A DNA stretch of 64,000 bases from an uncultured Candidatus Saccharibacteria bacterium (GTDB lineage Bacteria > Patescibacteriota > Minisyncoccia > Portnoybacterales > UBA2143): the NCBI GenBank assembly GCA_964472495.1, contig CAYYLD010000001.1:21294-85293 (forward strand), written 5' to 3'. Positions 10,433 through 19,861 of this stretch are shown piece after piece. The notes beneath the pieces were generated by a model, which worked only from the letters and a program-made list of their open reading frames with translations, was not told where the DNA came from and did no database searches. Each line of letters opens with the position of its first letter. Position 1 is the stretch's first letter. Both the position numbers and the translations under genes were made by a program.

Positions 10433-10798
10433 TTATCTCAAAGGCAATTTGGCCGGTTTAATTGTTTGCCCTCCGAGAGCATCTTCAATTGCTTGAGGAG
10501 TTAACTGGCTTTCTTCTGAAATATTTTCTTCTTCAGGCAAATTATTTTCCTCAAAAAAAGCACCGATACTGGCTCGGAAAATTTCTCCTAAAGAAGGAAT
10601 TTCTTTTTCTACCTCCTTTTTCATCTCTCCCAAGGGCTGGCTGGTCTTCTCGGCCGTGCCGGGCAAAGAATGCTTTAAAGAAATCACCCAAAGGGAGCCA
10701 ATCAAAAACATACAAATAAAGACGGCCAACCATAAAATCTGGAAGCGAATATAGCGCGGTTTCTTTTGAATTTTTTCTAAAAATTCATTTAAAGACAC
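10433..10798 (-). CDS. hypothetical membrane-anchored protein
   Basis: 121-aa ORF with one TM helix and an acidic C-terminal half. No motif. Confidence 0.4.
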   Translation of the reverse strand: MSLNEFLEKIQKKPRYIRFQILWLAVFICMFLIGSLWVISLKHSLPGTAEKTSQPLGEMKKEVEKEIPSLGEIFRASIGAFFEENNLPEEENISEESQLTPQAIEDALGGQTIKPAKLPLR

Positions 10799-10822
10799 GG
10801 CTTTGTTTATTGAATAAGGATT

Positions 10823-11467
10823 CTAATACTTAAAAATAACTACTTCCATCTCTTTGCTGACTAAATCTTTTTTCTTGAGAGTTAATTTATCTACGGCTGG
10901 TTTTTTGTTCAGGCCCATTTCCTTTAAAAAATCAGCTAAGCCGGCCAATTTGATTTTCAAACCAGGCAATTTGTAATGCATCGGAATAATCAAATGAGGC
11001 TCCAGTTGTTCGGCCACTTTGACCGCTTCGCCCGCCTCAATGGTATAGGTACCGCCAACTGGGATAATTAAGATATCCACTTGACCAATAACTTCTAATT
11101 GTCTTTCGGTTAAACGCTCCTGGCCGAAATCACCTAAATGACAAACTCTCATTTTGTCTACCTCCATCAGATAAATGGTATTAGGGCCCCTTTCCTGCCC
11201 CTGCTTTTTATCATGATAACTGGAGCAACCAATAATCTTGATACCTTTAATTTCGTATTCGCCGGGCCCGTCAATAACAAAAGGCTGACCACTGATGGCC
11301 CGAACATTATTATGGTCGTGGTGGTCATGAGAAACGGTAACGATATCGGCAGTGCCCCGCGGCGGAGTCAGGCCGATACTTTTATCAAAGGGGTCGGTAA
11401 TGATAGTTAAGTGGCCGCCCTGATTAGTAATCTTGAAACAAGAGTGGCCGTACCAGATAATAGTCAT
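10823..11467 (-). CDS. MBL-fold metal-dependent hydrolase (UPF0173/YtkL-like)
   Basis: MTIIWYGHSCFKI start and HDHHDHN metal-binding motif. 214 aa. Confidence 0.6.
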   Translation of the reverse strand: MTIIWYGHSCFKITNQGGHLTIITDPFDKSIGLTPPRGTADIVTVSHDHHDHNNVRAISGQPFVIDGPGEYEIKGIKIIGCSSYHDKKQGQERGPNTIYLMEVDKMRVCHLGDFGQERLTERQLEVIGQVDILIIPVGGTYTIEAGEAVKVAEQLEPHLIIPMHYKLPGLKIKLAGLADFLKEMGLNKKPAVDKLTLKKKDLVSKEMEVVIFKY

Positions 11468-11541
11468 AAATTCTTTTTATTATTCTATCACAAATTTTCT
11501 CTCTTGCCAAGCTAATAATTTTAGGTTATACTTTACTCAAT

Positions 11542-12129
11542 ATGACCAAAGAAAAATCAGAATTAATGAAAGATTTAATAACCAAAGATAAGCAAGCCCC
11601 ATCTTTACCTCAAGCGGGCGATTTAATTGAAGGAAAGATTATTAAAATAAGTAAGAGCGCTATCATTCTTGACTTGGGCCCTTTGGGTACCGGAATCATC
11701 TATGGTGGTGAATTAAAGGAAGACAAAGAAACGCTCAAAGAATTAGCCCTGGAGAAAACCATTACCGCTTTAGTTTTAGAGCCGGAAAATGAAGACGGTT
11801 ATGTTGAGCTTTCTTTAAGAGAAGCCAGCCTGGAGAAAACCTGGTTAGAAGTAAAAGAAAAGAAAAAATCCGGTCAGCCAATCACCGTTAAAGTGATTGA
11901 AGCTAACCGCGGCGGCCTGGTCATCAGGTCGGCCAGTTTGGTCGGTTTTTTACCTGTTTCTCAATTGTCGCCCAAAAATTATCCTAAGGTTGAAGGCGGC
12001 GATAAAGAGAAAATTCTGGAACATTTGAATAAATTTGTCGGCCAGGAAATGGAAGTCAAAATTCTTGACTTAGACCAAAAAACAGACAAATTGATTGTTT
12101 CCGAAAAAGCCCTTCAGGAAAAAAAATAA
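11542..12129 (+). CDS. S1 RNA-binding domain protein (short ribosomal protein S1-like)
   Basis: Two S1-like OB-fold segments (GDLIEGKIIKISKSAIILDLG..., GQPITVKVIEANRGGLVI). 195 aa. Confidence 0.55.
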   Translation: MTKEKSELMKDLITKDKQAPSLPQAGDLIEGKIIKISKSAIILDLGPLGTGIIYGGELKEDKETLKELALEKTITALVLEPENEDGYVELSLREASLEKTWLEVKEKKKSGQPITVKVIEANRGGLVIRSASLVGFLPVSQLSPKNYPKVEGGDKEKILEHLNKFVGQEMEVKILDLDQKTDKLIVSEKALQEKK

Positions 12130-12130
12130 G

Positions 12131-13954
12131 ATGAAATATCTTCTTAAAAATCTAATCATTGTTTTTCTGGTCTTTATAACCATCGCCGGTTTCTTCACTT
12201 TGCTCAGCCAACCAACTGAAAAACCGAAAGAAATTACCCTAAATCAATTAGTTAACCAAATCAATCAGGAAGAAATAACTAATATTGTCATCAAAGGCGA
12301 CCAATTGGAAATTGAATTAAAAGACGGCTCTTCAGAAAAAGCGACCAAAGAGAAAGAGGCCTCTTTAACCGAATCTCTGAAGAATTACGGACTTGATTCG
12401 GAAAAACTGAAACTGGTCAATTTAGAAGTTAAAAGCGAAAGCGGCCTGGTCTTCTGGCTGGGAACAGTCCTTCCTTTCCTTTTGCCTTTGCTGATTCTCG
12501 GCTTTTTCTTTTGGTTTATTTACCGGGGCGCTCAGCGCGGCCAGATGCAGGCCTTTACTTTTGGTCGTTCGCGAGCCCGACTATTCAGCCCCAAGGATAA
12601 AAGAGGCCAGGTTACTTTCAAGGACGTAGCCGGCCTAAAAGAGGCCAAAGAAGAATTAGAAGAGATTGTTGGATTTTTAAAGAATCCCAAAAAATTTGTT
12701 AATTTAGGAGCTAAGATTCCCAAAGGAGTTCTGCTGGTAGGGCCTCCCGGCACAGGAAAAACTTTATTGGCAAGGGCAATCGCATCGGAAGCTAGTGTTC
12801 CCTTCTTTAGCGTCTCTGGTTCAGAGTTCGTTGAAATGTTTGTCGGAGTCGGTTCATCGCGAGTCCGCGACCTTTTCCAGACAGCTAAAAAGCATGCCCC
12901 GGCTTTAATTTTCATTGATGAATTAGACGCCATCGGTCGGCAACGGGGAGCCGGTTTAGGCGGCGGCCACGACGAAAGAGAACAAACCCTAAATCAAATT
13001 TTGGTGGAAATGGATGGCTTCGACCCTAATGCCGGTATCATCCTAATTAGCGCGACCAACCGACCGGATGTTTTAGACCCAGCTCTCCTGCGACCAGGCC
13101 GTTTTGACCGAAGAATTGTCTTGGATTTGCCTGACTTAAAAGACCGAGAGGAAATTTTAAAAATTCATGCTCGGAATAAACCTTTAGAAGAAAAGGTTAA
13201 TCTTAAAGAAATTGCTGAACGGACGCCCGGTTTTTCCGGAGCCGACTTAGCTAATATCGTTAATGAAGCAGCCATCCTGTCAGCCCGACGCAATAAGAAA
13301 AAAATCTCCCAAGATGAACTGCGAGAATGTATTGAAAAAGTTCTTTTGGGCCCGGAACGGAAAAGTCATATTCTCTCTAAAAAAGAAAAAGAAATCGCTG
13401 CTTATCATGAATCCGGTCATGCTTTAGTGGCCGCTTCATTAACTCATACAGATCCAATTCAAAAGGTTTCCATTATTGCCCGGGGAGCAGCGGCCGGCTA
13501 CACTCTTAAATTACCGGTCGAGGACAGACACCTACACAGCCGCTCGGAATTCTTAGATGAATTAGCGGTTCTGCTGGGTGGCTACGTGGCTGAAGAACTG
13601 GTCTTCAAGGAACTGACCACCGGCGCTTCCAGCGATTTGCTAAAGGCGACGGAATTGGCTCGCAAACTGGTAACTAAATATGGAATGAGTGAAAAATTAG
13701 GCCCAGTGACTTTTGGCGGCCGCGAAGAAATGGTTTTCTTGGGCCGGGAAATCGCCACCGAAAAAGATTATTCCGAAGAAGTAGCTGCTCAAATTGACAA
13801 AGAAGTAGCTAAGTTTATTGATGACGCCTACCGAACCGCTAAAAAAGTCTTGACTGAAAATAGGGCACGACTAAACCTAATCGCCAAACGTCTCATTAAG
13901 AAGGAAACCATTGAACGAAAAGAATTCGAAAGATTGATGAGACAAAAAATTTAA
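12131..13954 (+). CDS. ftsH: ATP-dependent zinc metalloprotease FtsH
   Basis: TM helices, Walker [12 protein letters not shown] region, HESGHA zinc motif. Start set to the ATG at 12131 (track ORF begins at 12095 inside the upstream gene). Confidence 0.9.
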   Translation: MKYLLKNLIIVFLVFITIAGFFTLLSQPTEKPKEITLNQLVNQINQEEITNIVIKGDQLEIELKDGSSEKATKEKEASLTESLKNYGLDSEKLKLVNLEVKSESGLVFWLGTVLPFLLPLLILGFFFWFIYRGAQRGQMQAFTFGRSRARLFSPKDKRGQVTFKDVAGLKEAKEELEEIVGFLKNPKKFVNLGAKIPKGVLLVGPPGTGKTLLARAIASEASVPFFSVSGSEFVEMFVGVGSSRVRDLFQTAKKHAPALIFIDELDAIGRQRGAGLGGGHDEREQTLNQILVEMDGFDPNAGIILISATNRPDVLDPALLRPGRFDRRIVLDLPDLKDREEILKIHARNKPLEEKVNLKEIAERTPGFSGADLANIVNEAAILSARRNKKKISQDELRECIEKVLLGPERKSHILSKKEKEIAAYHESGHALVAASLTHTDPIQKVSIIARGAAAGYTLKLPVEDRHLHSRSEFLDELAVLLGGYVAEELVFKELTTGASSDLLKATELARKLVTKYGMSEKLGPVTFGGREEMVFLGREIATEKDYSEEVAAQIDKEVAKFIDDAYRTAKKVLTENRARLNLIAKRLIKKETIERKEFERLMRQKI

Positions 13955-14071
13955 TTAGAACCTTAAAAATAGAAAGGAGTCATTTGATAAGAATCTTGGG
14001 AATATCTGGGAGAGATTGGATTCGGACGAGAAAAGATAAACGAGAATTATTGCCAAAGTGCGGAGGACAAA

Positions 14072-14242
14072 ATGGATAGTCTGAGTGCAGTCATTAATTG
14101 TCTTAAATTAATTTTTCTGGTTTTAATAATGGTTATTTTTATTCTAACTCCTATCTGGCTTCCAGCTTGGCTCTCGGCTTGGCGAAGTATTCCGCCGCGC
14201 CTAACTGATTTTCTCTCTCGATGGGCGAGGAGAAATCTCTGA
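14072..14242 (+). CDS. possible small hydrophobic protein (56 aa)
   Basis: ATG with a GGAGG RBS 8 nt upstream. I counted 56 sense codons, mostly hydrophobic. It is below the ORF-track cutoff. Confidence 0.25.
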   Translation: MDSLSAVINCLKLIFLVLIMVIFILTPIWLPAWLSAWRSIPPRLTDFLSRWARRNL

Positions 14243-14286
14243 ACAAGAGGATGGTTCATTAACCATTCTCTTTTTTTAAAAAAAGA

Positions 14287-14315
14287 TTGACCAAATAACG
14301 AATTTCAGATAAAAT
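14287..14315 (+). promoter_or_regulatory. sigma-70-like promoter TTGACC-17-TAAAAT upstream of the tRNA pair
   Basis: The -35 and -10 hexamers are correctly spaced, and the -10 ends about 12 bp before tRNA-Ile. Confidence 0.45.
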
Positions 14316-14326
14316 AACAATGTTTT

Positions 14327-14400
14327 GGGCGTGTAGCTCAGGGGTTAGAGCATTGCTCTTATAAAGCAAGGGTCGATGGTTCGAATCCATCCACGCCCAC
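14327..14400 (+). tRNA. tRNA-Ile (anticodon TAT)
   Basis: Hand fold: acceptor GGGCGTG/CACGCCC, D-arm GCTC..GAGC, anticodon stem TTGCT/AGCAA, loop CTTATAA, T-loop TTCGAAT. Confidence 0.7.
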
Positions 14401-14403
14401 CCC

Positions 14404-14477
14404 GGGCGGTTAGCTCAGCTGGTTAGAGCGCTACCTCGACACGGTAGAGGTCGCAGGTCCGAGTCCTGCACCGCTCA
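14404..14477 (+). tRNA. tRNA-Val (anticodon GAC)
   Basis: Acceptor GGGCGGT/ACCGCTC (one G-U pair), anticodon stem CTACC/GGTAG, loop TCGACAC, T-loop TCCGAGT. Confidence 0.75.
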
Positions 14478-14481
14478 CTAA

Positions 14482-15741
14482 ATGAAACAAAAAAATCTAA
14501 TCATCAGTTTAATCGTTCTGGTAGCCGTTATTGTTATCGGCGCCTTGTTGTACAAACCAGCTTCGGAAACGCCTCCTCCTGCCCCACCAGTTGATGACAG
14601 CGGAGCGACTGACCAAGGAGTTGCCAGTGTTATTGAAGCTAATAATCAATTTGCCTTAGAGTTCTACCAGCAAATTAAAGATGGGGAAGAAAATATCTTT
14701 TTCTCGCCTTATAGCATCTCGACCGCTTTGGCCATGACTTATGAAGGGGCCCGCGGCCAAACCGCTCAAGAAATGCAGTCAGTTTTCCATTTTCCGGAAG
14801 AGGATAGTATTCGCCGACCGGCCATGGCCAAGATTTACAACCAAATCAACCAAGAAGACAAGGAATACGAACTTTATACGGCTAATGCTTTGTGGGCTCA
14901 AGAAGATTATTCTTTCTTAGACGAGTATATTAATTTGATTGACCAATATTATGGCGGCCGGGTGACCAATCTTGATTTTATTAAGGAAACCGAGAAGTCA
15001 AGGAAGACAATTAATGACTGGGTCGCTCAACAGACCAAAGACAAAATACTTGACTTGATTCCAGCTGGCGTCCTTAATGAACTAACTCGTCTTGTTTTAA
15101 CTAACGCTATTTACTTTAAGGAACAATGGCTAATCCAATTTGATGAAGAGAATACGACCGAGGAAGATTTTAGGGTCAGTCCGGAGAAAACAATTAAGGT
15201 GCCGATGATGAGTTTAACCGATGGAGAAATAGAATTTAATTATCTGGAAACGGAAAAATTACAAATCTTGGAAATGCCCTATGATGGAGAAGAATTATCT
15301 ATGTTGGTTTTGCTCCCTCAAGAGGATAGCTTAGTCACCTTGGAAGAATCGCTCAACCTGGATAATCTTGCCCAATGGCGAGAGATGCTTAGTCAACAGC
15401 CGGTTAACGTCTTTATGCCCAAATTTACTTTTGAGACCAAATATTTCTTGAACCAAGACCTCCAGGAAATGGGCATGCCGACTGCTTTCTCCATGCAGGC
15501 CGATTTTTCCGGCATGGACGGGACCAAAGATCTTTTTATCAGCAAGGTCATCCATCAGGCCTTTATTGAGGTAAATGAAGAAGGAACCGAGGCGGCGGCG
15601 GCCACGGCGGTGGTTATAGAATTAAAATCAGTCGGGCCTTCCGTAGCCGTTTTCCGAGCCGACCATCCTTTCATTTTCTTAATCCAAGACAACCAGTCAG
15701 GCAACATTTTATTTTTAGGCCGGGTAGTTAATCCCAGTTAA
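14482..15741 (+). CDS. serpin (serine protease inhibitor) with N-terminal membrane anchor and Pro-rich linker
   Basis: FFSPYSISTALAMTYEGARGQTAQEM matches the conserved serpin N-terminal core, and the C-terminal FRADHPFIFLIQDNQSGNILFLGRVVNPS matches the serpin signature. A reactive-centre-loop-like EGTEAAAATAVV lies upstream of it. Confidence 0.8.
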   Translation: MKQKNLIISLIVLVAVIVIGALLYKPASETPPPAPPVDDSGATDQGVASVIEANNQFALEFYQQIKDGEENIFFSPYSISTALAMTYEGARGQTAQEMQSVFHFPEEDSIRRPAMAKIYNQINQEDKEYELYTANALWAQEDYSFLDEYINLIDQYYGGRVTNLDFIKETEKSRKTINDWVAQQTKDKILDLIPAGVLNELTRLVLTNAIYFKEQWLIQFDEENTTEEDFRVSPEKTIKVPMMSLTDGEIEFNYLETEKLQILEMPYDGEELSMLVLLPQEDSLVTLEESLNLDNLAQWREMLSQQPVNVFMPKFTFETKYFLNQDLQEMGMPTAFSMQADFSGMDGTKDLFISKVIHQAFIEVNEEGTEAAAATAVVIELKSVGPSVAVFRADHPFIFLIQDNQSGNILFLGRVVNPS

Positions 15742-15834
15742 TATATTTCCCGATTTAAAGCTGGATAAAAATAGTCGTCTCAGGCGACTATTTTTCTTGC
15801 TTTTTAGCTGTTTTTTTGGTATTTTATGATTATT

Positions 15835-15907
15835 GGGCCGGTAGTTCAGCGGTAGAATATCTCTTTTGCACAGAGAAGGTCGTGGGTCCGATTCCCACCC
15901 GGTCCAC
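15835..15907 (+). tRNA. tRNA-Ala (anticodon TGC)
   Basis: Acceptor GGGCCGG/CCGGTCC with the G3:U70 Ala identity pair. Anticodon stem TCTCT/AGAGA, loop TTTGCAC. Confidence 0.8.
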
Positions 15908-16666
15908 ATGCCCCTTAAGCCAAATCCATCTATTAAGTTAAAGATTGTTTATGAGAATACAGATGTTCTTGTTATTGATAAGCCAGCCGGCTTGGTCGTC
16001 CACCCGATAAAGTCAACCCAAAGCGATACTTTAGTTAACGGCTTAATCGCCTACTACCCGGAAATTAAAAAGGTTGGCGATGATTCTTTGCGGCCGGGCA
16101 TTGTTCACCGATTAGATAAAGACACTTCCGGCTTAATAGTGGTAGCGAAAAACAATGCTGCTTTCGAATATTTAAAAAAGCAGTTTGCCGCGCGAAAAGT
16201 TGTTAAAAAATATTTGGCCTTGGTATATGGTCAAGTTAAAGATAAAAAAGGAACGATTACTAAAGCCATCAGTTTATCTAAAAAAGACCATAAAAAAAGA
16301 AGCGCTTTATTGGATGATAAAGCCAAGCGAGCTTGGACTGAATATAAGGTTTTGAAAAGATTTTCTGCCAAGAGCGGATCCGCCTCTGGCGAGAAGGACT
16401 ATACTCTTTTAGAAGTTGAGCCAAAGACCGGCCGAACCCATCAGATTAGAGTTCATTTAGCTTCCATTGGCCATCCGATTGCCGGCGACCAGCAATATAA
16501 ATTCAAAAGACAGCCAGCATTAGCTGGCTTGAAAAGACAATTCCTCCACGCCGCTTACTTGAAATTAAAACTGCCCAATGGTAAACTGGTCGAGCTTAAA
16601 TCGGACTTGCCAGAAGATTTAGAAAAGACTTTAAAGGATCTCGGGGCGTCCCGAGACACACTATGA
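15908..16666 (+). CDS. RluA-family pseudouridine synthase (RluD-like, no S4 domain)
   Basis: [16 protein letters not shown] catalytic motif. Start trimmed to the ATG at 15908 because the track ORF begins inside tRNA-Ala. Confidence 0.8.
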   Translation: MPLKPNPSIKLKIVYENTDVLVIDKPAGLVVHPIKSTQSDTLVNGLIAYYPEIKKVGDDSLRPGIVHRLDKDTSGLIVVAKNNAAFEYLKKQFAARKVVKKYLALVYGQVKDKKGTITKAISLSKKDHKKRSALLDDKAKRAWTEYKVLKRFSAKSGSASGEKDYTLLEVEPKTGRTHQIRVHLASIGHPIAGDQQYKFKRQPALAGLKRQFLHAAYLKLKLPNGKLVELKSDLPEDLEKTLKDLGASRDTL

Positions 16667-17001
16667 ATAAGCTTGATTTATTCAATAAAAAACAACTAAA
16701 GAAAATACCAGAAATTAGACCGGGCTACACAGTCCGGGTTCATCAGAAAGTAAAAGAAGGCGACAAAGAGAGAATTCAAATCTTTGAAGGTTTAGTTATC
16801 GCTTGTAAACATGGCCGTGGTGTCAACGGGACAATCACTGTTAGAAAAGTCAGTCAGGGGTTTGGCGTAGAAAGAATTTTTCCGCTCCATTCACCAGTCA
16901 TTGAAAAAATAGAAGTGGTTAAAAAACATAAAGTGAGACGGGCCAAACTTTACTATATCCGTCATAAATCAGCTAAAGAAGCGAGGTTGAAGGAGAAATA
17001 A
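16663..17001 (+). CDS. rplS: 50S ribosomal protein L19
   Basis: Matches the conserved bL19 sequence along its length ([15 protein letters not shown]...RIQIFEG). 112 aa. Confidence 0.85.
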   Translation: MNKLDLFNKKQLKKIPEIRPGYTVRVHQKVKEGDKERIQIFEGLVIACKHGRGVNGTITVRKVSQGFGVERIFPLHSPVIEKIEVVKKHKVRRAKLYYIRHKSAKEARLKEK

Positions 17002-17087
17002 GCCCAGGTGGCGGAATTGGCATACGCGGCAGCTTGAGGAGCTGTGCTCGAAAGGGCGTGCGGGTTCGAGTCCCGCCCTGGGCACCA
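17002..17087 (+). tRNA. tRNA-Leu (anticodon GAG)
   Basis: Acceptor GCCCAGG/CCTGGGC, anticodon loop TTGAGGA, long variable arm, encoded CCA. Confidence 0.75.
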
Positions 17088-17088
17088 A

Positions 17089-17166
17089 GGGGCGGTTGGC
17101 GCAGTTGGTTAGCGCGTCTCGTTTACACCGAGAAGGTCGGGGGTTCGAATCCTCCACCGCCCACCA
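17089..17166 (+). tRNA. tRNA-Val (anticodon TAC)
   Basis: Acceptor GGGGCGG/CCGCCCA, anticodon stem TCTCG/CGAGA, loop TTTACAC, T-loop TTCGAAT, encoded CCA. Confidence 0.8.
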
Positions 17167-17246
17167 AATAGCTGTTATCAGCGGTTATTTTATTTGACAA
17201 ATCAATAGATTCATGCTATCCTTGAACAAAATTAAAGGAGGGTAAA

Positions 17247-18260
17247 ATGGCTAAAAAACCAACCATTGAAGAAATCAGAAAGTACCTTAACGAGTATGAT
17301 CCACTTGGTCTGAGGGGAGCGTCAATTGACTTAATTGGCGCTCACAACCATATTATTTACCGATTAGCCAGGGCTGGCAAATCCTTTTGTCTGCGGATGA
17401 TAAATCCGGAAAGCTATCGGGCCGGCGAGTGGCTGACTATCCCTGAAGAATTTACTATCCTTCACTACCTGAAACTCACCGGCTTAGGGCCAATACCCTA
17501 TTTTGTTGACCCGGAACGATTCAGACTCCCATTAACTATCCAAGAGTTCGTCTCGGAAATCACCTACTTTAATAATTTGAAGCCGTTCAACGAAGAGCAT
17601 CTGAAGGCAGCCGCCAAGGCGATCGCCTTACTAAACTCCCTAAACATTGACCCGATCAGATTCCCTTTCCGAAAAGGTTTTACCCGCTACTCTTATCTGA
17701 CCAGCTTGGAAACCTGGCGAGAACGCCTGGCGATAATTAAAAAGTCCGAACAGAAAGATATTCTGGAATGGGTAGACAAACTCAAAGAAGTAGTCAAGCA
17801 GGCAAAGCCGATTTTGGAAGGATTTGAACCTCTCTTGAGAGAGAGTGGTTCGCTTTTTAACTTCGACGGCGCTCACTGCGGAAATACTTTTTTGCGAGAA
17901 AAGTCAGGCAAAGTTGTTTTCCTTGACTGGCAGAAAGTAAGCTACGGAGATCCCAGTTTTACCCTGGCCCGCTTCTTAACCTCTATTGGAAAAAAAGGGG
18001 AGATTCCGGACGGAGCTAAAGAGTTGATGATTGAGGCCTATACTCAAACGGCGGCCTATCATAACTTGCTTAATAGTCATCCCAAATTAGCAGTAAATTT
18101 TGAGAAGCTGGTTGACCAGCGCCTCTTTGAACGCCAGATAGCTGACCTCATCTGGGTGGTCTGGGACTATACCAAACAAGTCAAAACCGAACCAGTTGAG
18201 GAAGCAACTAGCGTAGTTGCTCGCTACCAAAGAGTTATCGAGATGCTGAGACAATACTGA
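17247..18260 (+). CDS. phosphotransferase-family kinase (APH/choline-kinase-like fold)
   Basis: Catalytic-loop-like FDGAHCGNTF and the LDWQKVSYGDPSFTLA (DWE..GDP) motif typical of aminoglycoside/choline/homoserine kinase-type phosphotransferases. Strong RBS AAAGGAGGG. Confidence 0.6.
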   Translation: MAKKPTIEEIRKYLNEYDPLGLRGASIDLIGAHNHIIYRLARAGKSFCLRMINPESYRAGEWLTIPEEFTILHYLKLTGLGPIPYFVDPERFRLPLTIQEFVSEITYFNNLKPFNEEHLKAAAKAIALLNSLNIDPIRFPFRKGFTRYSYLTSLETWRERLAIIKKSEQKDILEWVDKLKEVVKQAKPILEGFEPLLRESGSLFNFDGAHCGNTFLREKSGKVVFLDWQKVSYGDPSFTLARFLTSIGKKGEIPDGAKELMIEAYTQTAAYHNLLNSHPKLAVNFEKLVDQRLFERQIADLIWVVWDYTKQVKTEPVEEATSVVARYQRVIEMLRQY

Positions 18261-18287
18261 GACACTCTCAATTTTTTCTGGAAAACA

Positions 18288-18324
18288 AACGGTTGCCGGG
18301 AAACAAACCGACAACCGTTTTTTA
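18288..18324 (+). terminator. Rho-independent terminator
   Basis: AAACGGTTGCCGG-gaaacaaa-CCGACAACCGT with one mismatch, followed by TTTTTTATTT. Confidence 0.65.
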
Positions 18325-18397
18325 TTTGACCCCGCATCAGAGAAATCTCGGGGCGGGGTTTGACCAAAACGCTTAAAAATGGTAATTTAGGCATTAA

Positions 18398-18488
<91 letters not shown>

Positions 18489-18518
18489 TTGGAAGTTATT
18501 ATCTTTTAATCAGAAATT

Positions 18519-18986
18519 ATGAGAGATCCGCTTCTTGAAATATCAGGTAAAATTATTGGTTTTTACGAACGAGAGTTTTATTGTTTTTCTAATTTTTCCA
18601 GTTTTACAGTTCAATGGAAAGACAAATTATGGCAAACATCGGAACACGCTTATCAAGCTTCAAGATTCTTTGAAAAGCATCCCGAAGTGGTGGAAGAAAT
18701 TTTTAATGCTCGTTCAGCTCATCAGGCCAAAAAAATTGCAGAAAAATATAGTGATTTAGCTGCCCCTGATTTTCACAAAGATAGGATTGCGGTAATGGAA
18801 GATATCTGCAGCCATAAACTACAACAGCATCCCTATATTCAAAAGAAGCTTTTACAAACAGAAAATAGAGAGATTGTAGAAGATTCTCCTCAAGACAGCT
18901 TTTGGGGCTGGGGTCCGAATAGAGGTGGCAGAAATGAATTGGGCAAAATTTGGATGAGACTTAGAGATAAATTTGTAAACCAATAA
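18519..18986 (+). CDS. NADAR (YbiA-like) domain protein
   Basis: FYCFSNFS...WQTSEHAYQASRF matches the NADAR/DUF1768 core. 155 aa. Confidence 0.6.
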   Translation: MRDPLLEISGKIIGFYEREFYCFSNFSSFTVQWKDKLWQTSEHAYQASRFFEKHPEVVEEIFNARSAHQAKKIAEKYSDLAAPDFHKDRIAVMEDICSHKLQQHPYIQKKLLQTENREIVEDSPQDSFWGWGPNRGGRNELGKIWMRLRDKFVNQ

Positions 18987-19006
18987 ACTTATAGAGTGAA
19001 TTACAT

Positions 19007-19357
19007 ATGAAAGAAAAACAAATCACTAAAATTAAACAAGCCCAGCAATTAGCAAAACTTTTTGCTAAACACAATCACTGGAAAGATATTCCCAATATTG
19101 ATAAGATTGACCATCTCCATGAAGAATTAACCGAACTTTCCCAACACCTGAGATATAAACCAGAAAAAGAACGGATAAAATTCGTTAAAGAGAATAAAGA
19201 AATCTTTGTTGACGGGATTGGCGACTTATTTTTCGGTCTCTGTCGGCTATCTAATCAGCTTGGTGTTGATATGGAAAAGGCACTAAATCTGGTTAAAAAA
19301 GAAATCTTTAACAAATATAATCATAAAAATCCCGAAAATAATATTGTTAAAGAATAA
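19007..19357 (+). CDS. MazG-like nucleotide pyrophosphohydrolase domain protein
   Basis: Small all-alpha protein with an EExxE-type segment HEELTELSQHL and a DGIGDLFF motif. 116 aa. Confidence 0.45.
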   Translation: MKEKQITKIKQAQQLAKLFAKHNHWKDIPNIDKIDHLHEELTELSQHLRYKPEKERIKFVKENKEIFVDGIGDLFFGLCRLSNQLGVDMEKALNLVKKEIFNKYNHKNPENNIVKE

Positions 19358-19375
19358 TTAATTGGAATAAAATCT

Positions 19376-19861
19376 ATGTTTGATACTTTAGTTGACCAGC
19401 CGATTTTTTTTCTCTTTCTAATAGCCATAGCTTTGCTGCTAATTTGGATTCTATTTCTTCATTTCAATCTCTGGCAGGTCAAGAAAAAGCTAAAAGTATT
19501 TTTTGCCGGCAAAAAGGCCTCGGATTTGGAAGGAGTTCTTTTTGAAGAAATTAAGCGGCTGAAAAAATCAGAAGCCGAGATTAAAAAATTGATTAAATAT
19601 TCCCAGGCCTTAGAAAAAATGGCTTCCCAAAGTATTCAGCGAATCGGCGTAATCCGGTTTAACCCTTTTAAAGAAACTGGCGGCGACCAGAGCTTTGCCA
19701 TCGCCTTGCTTGATTCGAAAGAAAACGGGCTGGTCATTTCTAGTCTATACTCCCGCGAAGGGACCAGAATTTATAGCAAACCAATTGAAGCCGGTCAGTC
19801 AAGATATCCTTTATCCAAAGAGGAAATAGAAGCCTTGAAAAAAGCCGGGATAAAAAGATGA
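19376..19861 (+). CDS. DUF4446-family protein
   Basis: N-terminal TM helix, then IGVIRFNPFKETGGDQSFAIALLD...SSLYSREGTRIYSKP, which matches my recollection of DUF4446. Confidence 0.5.
   Translation: MFDTLVDQPIFFLFLIAIALLLIWILFLHFNLWQVKKKLKVFFAGKKASDLEGVLFEEIKRLKKSEAEIKKLIKYSQALEKMASQSIQRIGVIRFNPFKETGGDQSFAIALLDSKENGLVISSLYSREGTRIYSKPIEAGQSRYPLSKEEIEALKKAGIKR

Noticed and set aside
15715-15909. Minus-strand 64-aa ORF overlapping tRNA-Ala(TGC). The same applies to 16969-17157, 22513-22737, 22574-22795, 24841-25287 and 25121-25330, which overlap tRNA genes or the IR.
   Set aside because: Their translations (e.g. WTGWESDPRP, GVEPTTFS) are the typical artefact of reading through tRNA sequence. 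No independent support.
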